Origin: Selaginella moellendorffii
Taxonomy: Eukaryota; Plantae; Lycopodiophyta
Assembly: GCF_000143415.4 (NCBI RefSeq)
Contig: NW_003314374.1
Coordinates: 348,978-412,977, forward strand
Direction of reading: 5' to 3'
Length of the DNA: 64,000 bases
In this document: positions 50,729 through 63,094 of the stretch, one piece after another
Layout of the letters: every line of letters starts with the position of its first letter
Position numbering within the stretch: the first letter of the stretch is position 1
Translations under genes and position numbers: made by a program
The notes under the pieces: generated by a model
The model's database searches: none
Told to the model about the DNA's origin: nothing
The model's input: only the letters and a program-made list of their open reading frames with translations

Positions 50729-52890
50729 GTGTTGCGAATGCAACTTTAGGTATCAAAAATTATCTATCAGCCAATCCTTATGGACACTCTTTTCTTACTA
50801 CCACGACAGTATGAGGTCGGTATTGTCAGACCTATTATCAATTCCCACTTGAGTTAGTTGAGAAACTGGTTATTGATTGTGCACTTAAATCGGATAAACA
50901 TAAGGTAAGAACTCTTATGTGTTTCTTGTTGAGCATACTCGGCCCAGTTTGAGAAACTCCTGTCATTGGCTTGCACTTGCTATTATCAAGAACCCCCGTG
51001 ATATTGAGATTGGTCCCTCAATATTCGCTAAATGATAACTTACCGTGTTTGCCAAACACCCTTGCTATCATGTCGTTTGTGTTAGTCTCATTTTGATCCT
51101 AAATGCTATTTATGTAAAGTGTCTAGATTTGTTCATTTGGCATATTTATGAAATGTAGAGATTGTTTTGAACACAATGGTGTTTGTCCTGTGTCTAAATT
51201 CGCATTCTAGCACCATTCCATATTTAGTAAGTTTCAAACTTGTCCCAGAGACTAACTCCTAATACTAAAGGAGGCTTGGGGTGAAAGCCCAAAATGTGTG
51301 TTCCTTAAGGGGGGGGGGGGGGGGGGGCCTGTGGGGGGTTTCCAAATGTATAGTAGGGATATTGGGTAGGTCAAGCATGGCTGACCAACCTAAGGCATAG
51401 TCTAACTCCCGCTTACGTGCCTGTCGCTGATTGCTTTAAGACTATTCCAAATTGCTTTGGCTTCTATCCCTTTGCTCTTTGGGCTATATGCTCAAGAGTT
51501 GCTTTGTGGTCTGGTTCCATCATTCCTTGGCTCCATGCTTGGGGGTTTGGCACCATTTCTTTGTTTAGTGGCCCAAGGCCCTGAACCTCGGGTTCCACAC
51601 CACTATCCTTTGGACATGTGGCATGTGACATATGGCATATAAAGGGTTTAGGTTTTGTGTCGTGGTGTTATTTTATGGTAAATCACCATAGGATAAAAGG
51701 TAAAAACCACGTGTGCTACATTTGGTATTAGAGGGTGAGTTTCGGTGAGTTCTATCTAATGAGATTGGGCAACTAGTCTCGTTGCATACACAGAGATGAA
51801 AACAATGATCCAAGTGGGTACACATTTGGGTGCAAGGGCTTTGCATTTGTTTCTTGAGTAGGATTTTGGTTACCTTTCTATTCCATATTATGTAAGCTTG
51901 CTCTTGGGCTCATAAGGTGGACTGAGATGTTCCATTTGCACGAGTTTATGCTTGGACTTGTAAGTGAGACACATTAGCAACTTGAGGTTACACTTTGAGT
52001 TGGCAAGGTTAATATTAGCCTATCTTAGCTATGTTAGTCTATGTAAGCTTGTGGGGGGTTCCAAATGTATAGTAGGGATATTGGGTAGGTCGGGCATGGC
52101 TGACCAACCTAAGGCATAGTTTAGCTCCCGCTTACGTGCTTGTCCTTGTTCTACGTCTGGCTTGGGTCTAAGCCTAAGCTCCACACCATGTTAATTGGTG
52201 GAGTACCCATATCCTTGTGTTAGGCCACCGATATGTGGAAATAACACTAAACTCTGTTTGGTTTCATTTTGTGTGTTGGTCTTGGCATTGGGATGCTGGT
52301 TGCTTTAGGACTATTCCAAGTCACTTCAGGCTCCTGTCCCTTTGCTCCTTAGGCTGTATGCTCAGGAGTTGCTTTGTGGTCCGATTCCATCACTCTTTGG
52401 CTCCATGCTTGGGGGTTTGGCACCATTCCTTTGTTCAATGGCCCAAGGCCTTGAACCTCAGGTTCCACACCACTATCCTTTGGACACATGGCATGTGACA
52501 TGTGGCATATAAAGGGTTTAGGTTCTGTATCGTGGTGTTATCCTATGGTAAATCACTATAGGATAAAAGGTAAAAACCACGTGTGCTATATTTGGTATTA
52601 GAAGGTGAGTCTTAGCGAGTTCTATCCAATGAAATTGGGCAATTAGTCTCGTTGCATACGCAGAGATGAAAACGATAATCCGAGTGGGTACACGTTTGGG
52701 TGCAAGGGCTTCGCATTCGTTTCTTGAGTATGGATTTTGGTTACCTTTCTGTTCCATATTATGTAAGCTTGCTCTTGGGCTCATAAGGTGGATTGAGATG
52801 TTCCGTTTGCACAAGTTTATGCTTGGACTTGAGTGAGGCACATTGGCAACTTGAGGTTACACTTTGAGTTAGCAGGGTTAATGTTAGCCT
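50729..52890 (+). mobile_element. ~1-kb LTR + tRNA-Met PBS with tandem duplication of the LTR 3' part and leader; followed by decayed non-coding internal region
   Basis: TGTTGCGAATG...GTGCTACA (to 51720) then TTTGGTATTAGAG; block ~51329-52020 repeated at ~52051-52890. Confidence 0.7.
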
Positions 52891-55383
52891 ATTGGTGGTT
52901 CCATGAGTTGTTCCATGTACCGTGGGTGGAAGTAAATCTTCCCTAGGTTTGCTATGAGTGGCAAATAGGCTAATCCATAGCTATTTAGCACGGTACTAGT
53001 AGATCTTTCTTAGGCATGATTATGAGTGGATCAATCAAGACTGTAGGGATTAGTCTATTGGTTCAAGTAATCATTGCCGTGCTCTCTCATAAACTTTTCT
53101 TGGATTGAACTGAATGTAGTGCGAAAGCAAGCTTGAGGTTTAGTCAAAAGATGATACCGAAAAGAGAGTTATCAGGGATAAAGGATTAAACACGTAAATC
53201 ATTTTCTCTTCTTGAAAAGAGATGATTTGCAATGAGATGTGACTCACTGCTCATAGTCACATCATGCAATCAAGAGTCTCTATCTTGATGTATGTTGGTG
53301 ATGGTGGTCTTACATGTGGTGAGTCGTGGGATAGATAATGGTGAAACACTAAACCATTTTGTCTAGGCTTGCTATTGAAGACTTGGGTTGCAATGCTTAA
53401 TTCTTTTCCAGGGAATCTTGCTATTGCTCCTTAAGTAGTTTGGTGTTGGATTAGTTTTGAATTTGGTCAGATGAAGAGTGGCATAAGCTTGTCTATGTTG
53501 TGAACAAAAGTTAATGGTGTTGGGTGATATAAATCTCTATTGGTGGAGTGTGGCATTATGTTGCATTTTGTTCAATTGAGTTAGCACTTGATACTCACAT
53601 AAACCTTTGTAGTAGTGATATAGGGATTGCTGAAAGTGTTGCTCGATTAATGATCAAGTCATTGTGATACTTATATTATATCCATGTGATAATGAGCAAT
53701 ATGTTTACAAAGTTGTTTGGTTAAATGATAATCAACCCCAAAATGGTTGATAGTGAAGCTAGTCTACTTGCAAGTAGTAACATTAAAGTAGCTTTGACTA
53801 AGTTCTCAATGGTCCATTATGCTTAGCTTAAAATGGTTTCTTGTTTCTTTAAGGGTTTACCCATTAGATGTTGAAAAGGGTTGTAGCACTATAGCTCGTT
53901 AGATAATTCATTAACACTTGGAGTAAATTGTTAGATGGAGAAAATATGTAGTTAGGGCATTGACATTGCTAGCACTTCTGTTAGTGGAACTGGCATTGTT
54001 GATTCAAGTGATGAGGAGTTTTTCCTTGGAACTTAATTTTTCATGTCATTTTTTTTATTAGTGTTTTGGCTTCACATTGGATCTTGAATGTGATTAAAAA
54101 AGAGTGTTAATGCAATGTAGATATCCGAAAATGTGGTTTTTGTGATCAAGCTTTAGATGTTCATTTTGCACTTTCACAAATGTCGGTGTTGGATGTCGGA
54201 AAAATGGGCAAAGATGTTCGATGTTTAAGCATGCTATGGGTCTTAAGAATTTATGTTAAAGTGAACCTTTGTGAAGTTGTTGGTAGGAGGAAGTTGATTG
54301 TCTTGAAAGTTTGTATTCCTAGACTGAGAGTCATTCTTTCTTTAGGATGGAAAATTTTCCACAAATTTTCTTAAACTTTTCCAATGGTTAATTTGTTAGT
54401 CACTTTGCTCGAAAACCATTTTGTTTTTGTAAGCTAGTACAAACTAGTGAAAGGGTTAGAGTTGACTTCGGTTAGCTTAGGCCTTAGTATGTAGTTTGTA
54501 TGATGTGGCCCGAAAGGGATGCTGACTTTGGGACTAAGGCAATTGAGTTGGATAGAGTCTAGAGTTGGTGTAGAAAAATAGCCATTACGCTTTTCTAAGA
54601 AAAGTGACCCTTGTGCCTTTCTTTTGTAGTGTTATGTTTGGTGGCAAGTTGCACCTTGCATTTTATTAAACTCTATAAGAATAGTGAGCTCTCACTGATC
54701 TTGACTTAGTCTTGGTGGTCTTGCACCTTGGCTGAGGATGGTGATGCTCAACTTAGTTGTTTGAGGTTGAGATGTTAGTACCCGTACTATAGCTTTTTCT
54801 ATAAAGAGATTGTGTACCAATATGAGTCCATCTCATGATCTTCATTTTAGCTTTGACTGAGTGTTAATCATGCATAGCTAGCCTCTTAAAAAAAGCATGC
54901 TAAAAGCTATTGGCTAAATGCATAGTGAACTTATTGTGGTTGAGTTGGATTTGAGTGGTCATTTAGTTTGTGTTTGTCTATGAGCCAATATCTCATATCT
55001 GGGGTATTATGTTCATGTTGGACAAGCATATAACTCAATGACATGAGTTTAATGTTTGGGTCTTGTGAAGGCAAATTGAAAGAGTGATTATTAATTGCTT
55101 TGCTAGTAAACTTTGTCAAGGATGACACTTGTTTCGCTCGATAATAATTTAGCAATGATGGGCTTGCTTTACCAGATGGTGTTATGGAGGATCGTGTTGT
55201 TAGTCTTACATGGGTTTTCTATGTTGGCATATCGATTCTACCTTTGTTGATATCATTTGGTTGTATTTAGTTCATGGTGTTGGATTTCATTAAGTCTTGG
55301 ATGTGGTGAATCACTCCTTGATAATGTGTTATTTGTAACTAAGTATTGTTGAAAGATTGGTCTCAAATACTGACTAAGGTATC

Positions 55384-56138
55384 TATGAGACACAAAATCC
55401 CTAGGCCCCAAAGTGGAGCCGGAAGGGTGCCACGTGGTAGTGGCCAAAGCGAAAGCCAAACGAGCGTAACACATTTGGACTAAAAGCTCTGACTTGATAG
55501 GTTGAGAGTGGGAGTGGAACTCCTAACAAAGTGCTCGAAGAATGAGCACGAAGCGAGCAATAAGCGAGGCTCTAAAAAGGGACCCAAAAAGGACTAACAC
55601 ATGACACATGGAAGTGTTCGAGATGGACCTGAGATGGAGTCCGAGATGGACCGAGACAGAGTACGAGATGGAGTCCGAGATGGAGTCTAAGATGGACCGA
55701 GACGGAGTCCAAGATGGAGTCTGAGATGGAGTCTAAGATGGACCCGAAATGGAGTCCGAGATGGAGTTCGAGATGGGCCNNNNNNNNNNNNNNNNNNNNN
55801 NNNNNNNNNNNNNNNNNNNNNNNNNNNNNNNNNNNNNNNNNNNNNNNNNNNNNNNNNNNNNNNNNNNNNNNNNNNNNNNCAGTGTGGCAAAGGTGAATGG
55901 GCATAGCCTTAGCGTAACAGGCCGATATGTTAATGGTACCTTTGGTTATCGGTCATGGGACCGAACACGTGGAGCACTTAGACCAAGTGCAACGGTTGAG
56001 TGGCACGGATGCCATTCTTGGGGCTAGCAAGTCCCCAAGTCCAGAATAAGACTCATGGAGGTTGTGAGTGAAACTCCTCCAAGTGGTCGGAGGTGTAGTT
56101 AAGTGACTAAAGTAAAATGGAAAATTTAGTTACTTACA
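55384..56138 (+). mobile_element. Solo LTR, 12-bp-repeat family, with TSD GTATC (spans assembly gap)
   Basis: TATGAGACAC...TTACTTACA flanked by GTATC (55379-55383 and 56139-56143). Confidence 0.85.
55780..55879. other. Assembly gap (100 N)
   Basis: N run inside the tandem-repeat array. Confidence 1.
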
Positions 56139-58093
56139 GTATCTTCGACTTTGGTTAACTTGGTTGCAAAAGAGTTTTGAGTGGTGATTCACTCTTGCTT
56201 TCTTCTAGCTTTGTTCTGGTGTTGATGGCATTGAAGTGATGCCTTGTCATTGACATTGTTGATATTAAGATTCAAATGAAATGAGATATCTCTCCTTAGG
56301 ATTGTGTTGATGATTTGGCTATGGCTTTGATTTGGCATTCGTGCATTTGCTAGTTAGCAACTATATTGACATTCAAACAATTTGAGTGGCAAGTTAAGTT
56401 AATTATGTTCTAGATTGTTTAGTAAGGGTTGAGCTTTATTTTTCCCTGAAAAATGATTTAGTTGTGGACTATACTAGCTTTATGAGAGGAAGAGCTAGTG
56501 ATCGATATTGGAATATTAGAATCCTTATTGGATTTGAGTTAGAATATATCGATCATTGATGATTCTTCTTAGACTTGTTATGAAATGAGTTACGTGTTGC
56601 TATAGATGGATTTATGGAGATCATTTAGTGTTCACTTATTGAGCATAGCTTCATTGTGCTTAGCTTTTGGATTGATGGAGATATGCTTTTCATTAGCTTT
56701 GCATTATAAAGTTTAGTTTATGGATGTGTTGAAGAGGATATTATGGATTATGCCATGATTTCTTCTTTAGCATTGAAGTTAGTTCATGTGAAACTTGTGA
56801 TCATTATTAGGCAAGACTTAGCTATAGGTTTCTTTGAGTTTTTGGTTCCTTGAGTTTCCATGCTCATTGTTCCATTTGTTAAAAGTTGTTAGAGAAAGCA
56901 TTTTGGCTCATTAGTTTTAATGTTGAAGTTAGTATTTGCATCTATTAATCATTGGTAATGATTGACTATCATCTAAGATAATTGATTATCCTTGTTAAAG
57001 GTTTTGCTTGATTATTGTTAATCTCAAATGATTTGCCATTCTTCGGCATGATGGTGTAAGCTCCTAAATTTGGACTTCCCGAGAGGTCACCTAGCTGTAA
57101 GGAACCGACTCCCCGAGATGTCATAGGCTAAAGGATCCCTGAAAGCATGACCGAAATGACAAAGAGTTCATCAGATGGGACCGAGTCGAAGATCGAGTCC
57201 AAGACCGACTCTGAGGCCGAGTTCGAGATAGAGTCCGGGATCAAGCCCGAGGCTGAATCGGAGACTAAGTTCGAGACCGAGTTCGAGACAGAGTCCGAGA
57301 CCCAAATCGGGTCCGAGACCGAGTCCGAGGTCGAGTCCGAAGTCGAGTTCGAGATCGGGTCCGAGATCGAGTCTGAGATCAAGTCCGAGATCGAGTCCGA
57401 GACTGAGTCTGAAGTTAGGTCTGAGATTGAGTCCGAGATCTAGTCCGAGACCGAGTCCGAATACTAATATGGGTCAAGGGGTGAAAGCCCAAAGCGTGCG
57501 TCTCCCAGAGGGGGGTGGGGGCTGCAGAGGGTTCCAAAAGTATAATAGGGATAGTGAGGTCTAGGAACCAGTCTTGAAGGAACTCTTTAGTGGTGCTTCC
57601 AAAATGACTTGAGGTTGAGACTGGGGCCGAGGGGCCTTGGGTGGGAGTGAGCATGGGCTTGGGTGGTGCCGGAGGGGCCACCCAGGGAAGTGCTCAAGAG
57701 CAGCTCCCACTCCCGAAAGGGAAACCAACTTCGGTGCTCCTAGCTCATGTGGAGTGGTGCCCCACGTGAATACCTTGTGGCTCATTGGTCCTCGCCCTTT
57801 TTAGGGGCTTAGGCCTTCCCTTTGGGATGGAAGTGGGGAGGGGGGTAGAGGTCCCCATACCGGGCCGTTAGGCCACGGTGTTTCACCCTGATGTCCCAAA
57901 GCAAGTGTTGCACCCAAGGTTTGGGATTTATAGGGGCCCATGAGCAAGTCTTGTTGTACCAAGGGGTGTTAGGAACTTGGAGGCTTGGTGTGCTTGGCTG
58001 CTTGTGCCTGCAGGGAGTGTAACTGAACCTTAAGCCCAGTCTAACTCGGGGAGGGGGATTGGGAAAGATTTAGGAATCCGTGGCGAGGCGGAG

Positions 58094-61000
58094 ATGGAAC
58101 CTCTGCCAGAGCTGAAGCCTCCGGTTGAACAAGAGGCTATGGATGAGGAATCCTTGCATGAGGAGTACTCCAGTGAGGAAACATCCAAACAGGAGTCCGG
58201 TGGCGAGGTTCGGTCGTCCAAGGCTCGATTGAACGTTCTAGAAGGACAATTGGCACAGACCAATGCCTTGCTGGAGACTCTCGTACGCAAGTTAAAGCGT
58301 GACGAAAAGCGGAAGAAAAAGCGAAAGACTACGGATATTGGCAGTGTAGAAGGTGCGGACCCTTCGATAGGGACTGAGGCAAAACTAGACAAGGTTGAAT
58401 AGATCGAAGTGGAATCAGTCCCTCAGGCAGTTCCCAAGTACAAACCAAAGCCCCCACCAGTCATCAAGGGAGTGAACGACTATAAGGTGGTGGAGGATTG
58501 GTTTTACGATATGGAGGACTACTTCCAAGCGTTGCAGTTACTGAGCTCGGAGAAGGTCCCATATGCAAAACCATACTTGGCAGATAATGCCATGTTTTGG
58601 TGGAGACCGACAAAGGCCAACGAAAGACCAGTGGCCACTTGGGAAATGATGAAGGCAAGGATCCGCGTGACTTATATTCCTCCGAATGCTACTCTGCATC
58701 TAAAGGACGAGCTAAGTAGGTTGAAGCAGACCGAAACCATTCAAGAATATGTGAATGGGTTTATGGTAAAGAGGATACTTATCATGGATATGGGGGATAT
58801 GGATGCGTTTCATGCCTTCATATCAAGTTTGCAAACCTAGGCTTGTAGTGAGGTGATGCGTTGGAACCCAACCAACTACAAGGAAGTGTTGGATGTGGCC
58901 ATCAAGGTGCATTTCAATGATAACCTGCAAAAGGGGAACACGATGGGGTCGGGGTCCACATTCAGCAAAGGGGCCAAACCAAGGGGAACGTATAGCAGAG
59001 GGAAATTCAAGAAGAGTTTCTTTAAGAATGAGTCCTCGGGGTTCCGGAAAGGCAAATTCAGTGGCCAGTGAGCAAGTACGTGGGGGAATCAAGCAAAAAG
59101 AGACAAACCCATGGATAAGAAGGTCAAGTCGTATAGCAGTGTGGGAAACAACGTATGCTACAACTGCGGTAAGGCGGGACACTTTTCGAGGGAATGTCCC
59201 TACCCGAAGAAAGCCAGAGCCAATATGGCCATCAAGTTGGGTGAAGTCCAAACTAAGGTATGTGATCCAGTCCCTAACTCAAAGTTACTCATTACATGAG
59301 CAACTTTGGTAGAGAATCGTTTGCGACATCTACTAGCCCTCCGAAGGAAACTCGGAGGTAGCTTTGTTAAGATCCTTATTGACACAGGTGCTTCGGATAA
59401 TTTTGTGGCTGCAGATATAGTCCGGCAAGCCGGACTAATGGTGCAGCAGCTAAGCGAACCAAGGACTATAGAGTTTGTTCAAGGTAGCCAAAGCACTGAT
59501 GAGGTACTTCGATAAGCGAGAGTCGAAGTAGGGACATAGAAAGTGAACATGGATTTCACCGTATTGGACATGGTGGGATTTGACGTGATCTTTGGAATGG
59601 ATTGGTTCAATCGGTTTGTGGTAACCCTGCATGGACAAGGTAGAAACCTTGTGGTACTGGCGAATGCCCAAGGAAGAAGATCTAGGGTGGAGGCCCAGGA
59701 TCTAAAGGTAGGGCAAAGCAAGGCCAAAGAATCCCGCTTAAACCTAGTGTCCACGAGAGGACAACTCACTAAAGAAACTAAGGTAGCATTTTTGTGCTTA
59801 CTCTCGGTGAAGAGTGACAAAAAGATAGGAACAGAAGAAGTACCTTTAGTGATCTAACGGGTGTTGAACCAATTCCAGGATACCATGCCGGAGGAGCTAC
59901 TAGCGGGGTTGCCCCCTACACAACTGATAGAACATAAGATTGAGCTAGTTGAGGGTGCTGAGGCGGTGGTTCGTCCCCCCTATCATTTGAACAAAAAAGA
60001 ACTCAAGGAGCTCAAGCACCAACTAGAGGAGTTGGTGGACAAAGGGTATGTTAGGTTGAGCAAGTCACCGTATGGGGCACCGGTGTTATTTGTGAAAAAA
60101 AAAGATGGATTTATGCGCATGTGCATAAACTACCAGTTGCTCAACAAGTATACAAAGAAGAACAAGTACCCTTTGCCAAAGATTGAGGACTTGTTTGATA
60201 GGTTGGGAAAGGCAAAATATTTCTCGAGGATTGACTTGAGGTCAGGATACTATTAGATTAGGGTAGCAGAGGAAGATGTCGAGAAGACAACTTGTCGAAC
60301 CAGGTATGGGAGGTTTGAGTTTCTAGTGATGCCCTTTGGGCTGTGCAATGCACTGGCAACATTTTTATCGTTGATGAACGATATCTTTGTACCCTATTTG
60401 GATCACTTCGTGGTCGTCTATATCAACGACATCCTGATCTATAGCGAGACGCTAGAGGAGCATGCCGAACACTTGGCGAAGGTGTTTGAGAAACTAAAGG
60501 AACACAAACTATATGTTAAAAAGAGCAAGTGTGACTTTGCTTAACAAGAGGTAAAGTTTCTCGGGCATGTGGTGGGTCAGGACGAGCTCAAGGTGAACCC
60601 GGAGAAGGTCCAAGCGATCCAGGAATGGGAGTGACCATTGAATGTACATGAGTTGAGGGCGTTCTTGGGGCTATGCAACTACTACCGAAAGTTTATCAGA
60701 CACTATTCGAGAGTAGCCTTGCCCTTAACGGACCAAACAGGAAAAGGGAAGATGGTATGGACAGTGGAATGCGAGGTGGCATTCGTCCACCTCAAAGGGA
60801 AGTTGAGGAAAGCTCCCGTGTTAGCAGTGGAATGCGAGGCGGCATTCGTCCACCTCAAAGGGAAGTTGAGGAAGGCTCCCGTGTTAGCATTACTAGACTT
60901 TGGTGTAAGCTCCTGAGTTTGGACTTCCCGGGAGGTCACCCAACCCAGTACTATTCAAACCCAAGGACACTTAACCCCAAGTATCCCAAGACCCTTAACC

Positions 61001-63094
61001 GATTAGAAAAGGGGGTGCACTCTTATTCATGGGCCCTTTCCCTCTATATTTGAACCCCATGGATCATATCTCAAGTTGTTCTCTTGGTTGCTTATATTTG
61101 GTAAGGACTTTGAGGTAGAAATGGATGCTTCGGACTTTGCGTTGGGCGCAGTTTTGAAGCAAGACAACCATCCAGTAGCGTTCTTCTCGAAGAAGTTGGA
61201 CAAGGCTCAACAGAAGTGACTTGCCCACGAGAAGGAATTGTTTGTGGTGGTCAAGGCACTCAAGGAGTGGCGACACTACCTTGGGAGACACTTCAAGGTT
61301 TACACGGATAATGTGGCAATGAAACACTTCTTGTCACAGCCCGACCTGAGAGGGAAACAAGGTCGGTGGGCCAATGCCTTGGTCGAGTTTGATTGCGAGA
61401 TTCTGTACAAGCTTGGGAAGAGCAACATTGTGGTGGATGCGCTAAGTCGAAAAGTAAGCTTGAGGTTGGTGATATCCAGCGTGACAGCAACCTTTTGGGA
61501 CAACGTGCAGACAGCATATGAGAACGATGGTCTAGCCCAAGAAGTGTTGCTGAGGAATCTAGAGGCACGGGAAGCTCACCAGAGAGATGAGCTGCCAACG
61601 GAAGAGAAAACGGGCTATGTGGAATGCAACAGACTCATCTATTACAAGCAAATGAGGGTGTATGTTCTAGAAGGAGAACTAAGGAAGGTAGCCTTAGAAG
61701 AGTGTCATGACAAACCTCTTGCGGGACACAGCGGAGTGCCCAAGACGATGGGCTTACTCAAGAGGAAGTACCATTAGCCAAATATGGCTAAGGACGTCCA
61801 AGACTATGATGTAAAGACATGTCCAACATGTCAGCAGGTCAAAGCCGTAACTAAGGCTAGTGGGGGCTTATTGCAAAGCATCCCAATTCCAGATCATCTA
61901 TGGAAATGTCTTACGATGGACTTCATCACGGGACTCCCCCCAAGCAAGGGGTTTGATGCGATATTCGTGATGGTGGACTGATTTTTGAAAATGGCACATT
62001 TCATACCCACCACAACGGAAGTGGATGCGGAAGGTGTGGCAAAGCTATTCTTCGAACAAGTGGTTCGAGTGTGGGGAAGACCAAAAAAGATCATCTCAGA
62101 TCGAGATAAGATCTTCACTAGTAGGTTCTGGAGGACTCTCCTGGAATAGTATCGCACCAAGCTGAAATTTAGCATAGCCTATCACCCATAAATAGGTACT
62201 GGGTATTAAGTCAAGTTTGATGGCACTAACACTTCTTGACAGACGGACAAACGGAAAGGGTGAATAGGCAGCTGGAGGATTATTTGCAATGCTATGCCTC
62301 GGAAGACCAGACCGATTGGGTAAGTTATTTGGGACTTGCAGAAATGTGTTATAACAACTCACCACATTCGAGTATCGGGGTGAGTCTTTGGGAAGTCATC
62401 AATGGGCGAGCTATTGAAGGTCCCATGGAACTCGGCATGGCCGAGTATCATGGAGAGCTACCCGTAGTGGAGGCATTCATGGCGGAAAGACTCAACATTT
62501 GGAATCTAGTGGGGGATTCCTTGGAACGGGCTCAACAAAGGCAAACCAAATACGTGAACCAGAAGTGCCGGGATGTAGAGTTCTAAGCGGGGGAGAAAGT
62601 GTGGCTGAACACCAAGAACCTCAGGCTACCAAGTGGGATCAGCCGAAAGTTGACCCAAAGGTAAAAATGCATGTATTCATGTAAATGAATTGATCTTGAG
62701 TTCCTTAAGTAGGTTCACGGGGCCTTACGAGATTGAGGCACGAATTGATAAAGTGGCTTACCGTCTCCGACTTCCTCGAGAGATGGGGAAGATGCACCCA
62801 CTGTTCCACGTGAATTTACTCAAGCCGTACGTTGAGGATCCGCTTCGCAAGGACCAAGTAAGACCTCTACCTGAGGTTATCCAAGGGGAAGAGGAATACA
62901 AAGTCGAGGCCATCCTCAATGCGTGCAAGAGCAAGTGACAAGGACGCGAGGTGAGAGAGTTCCATGTGAAGTGGAAAGGATTTCCACACTACAAAGCAAC
63001 ATGGGAACTGGAGGAGAACCTAGCGAATGCGCGAGATCTAGTGAAGGAATTTCTGCAAGGCAGAACTCTATGTACTTATGCAAAGTTCAATTAA
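58094..63094 (+). pseudogene. gag-pol of the chromovirus, with in-frame nonsense mutations and two putative introns (62196-62242, 62661-62712)
   Basis: ORF fragments from 58094 to 61981 all share one frame; the frame changes only across the two GT-AG segments. Confidence 0.9.
60904..61096 (+). mobile_element. 193-bp solo LTR inserted at the RT/RNaseH boundary
   Basis: TGTAAGC...GCTTATA termini, TSD TTTGG (60899-60903 and 61097-61101); removal restores LLDFG-KDFEVEMDASD. Confidence 0.92.

Noticed and set aside
52900-57050. Long GT-rich tract as coding sequence
   Set aside because: No sustained ORF or motif; most simply the decayed internal region of the upstream LTR element.
57147-57443. Glu/Ser-repeat ORF, and similar ORFs at 3290, 41087-41484 and 63529-63987
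   Set aside because: Translations of 6/12-bp LTR minisatellites, not genes.
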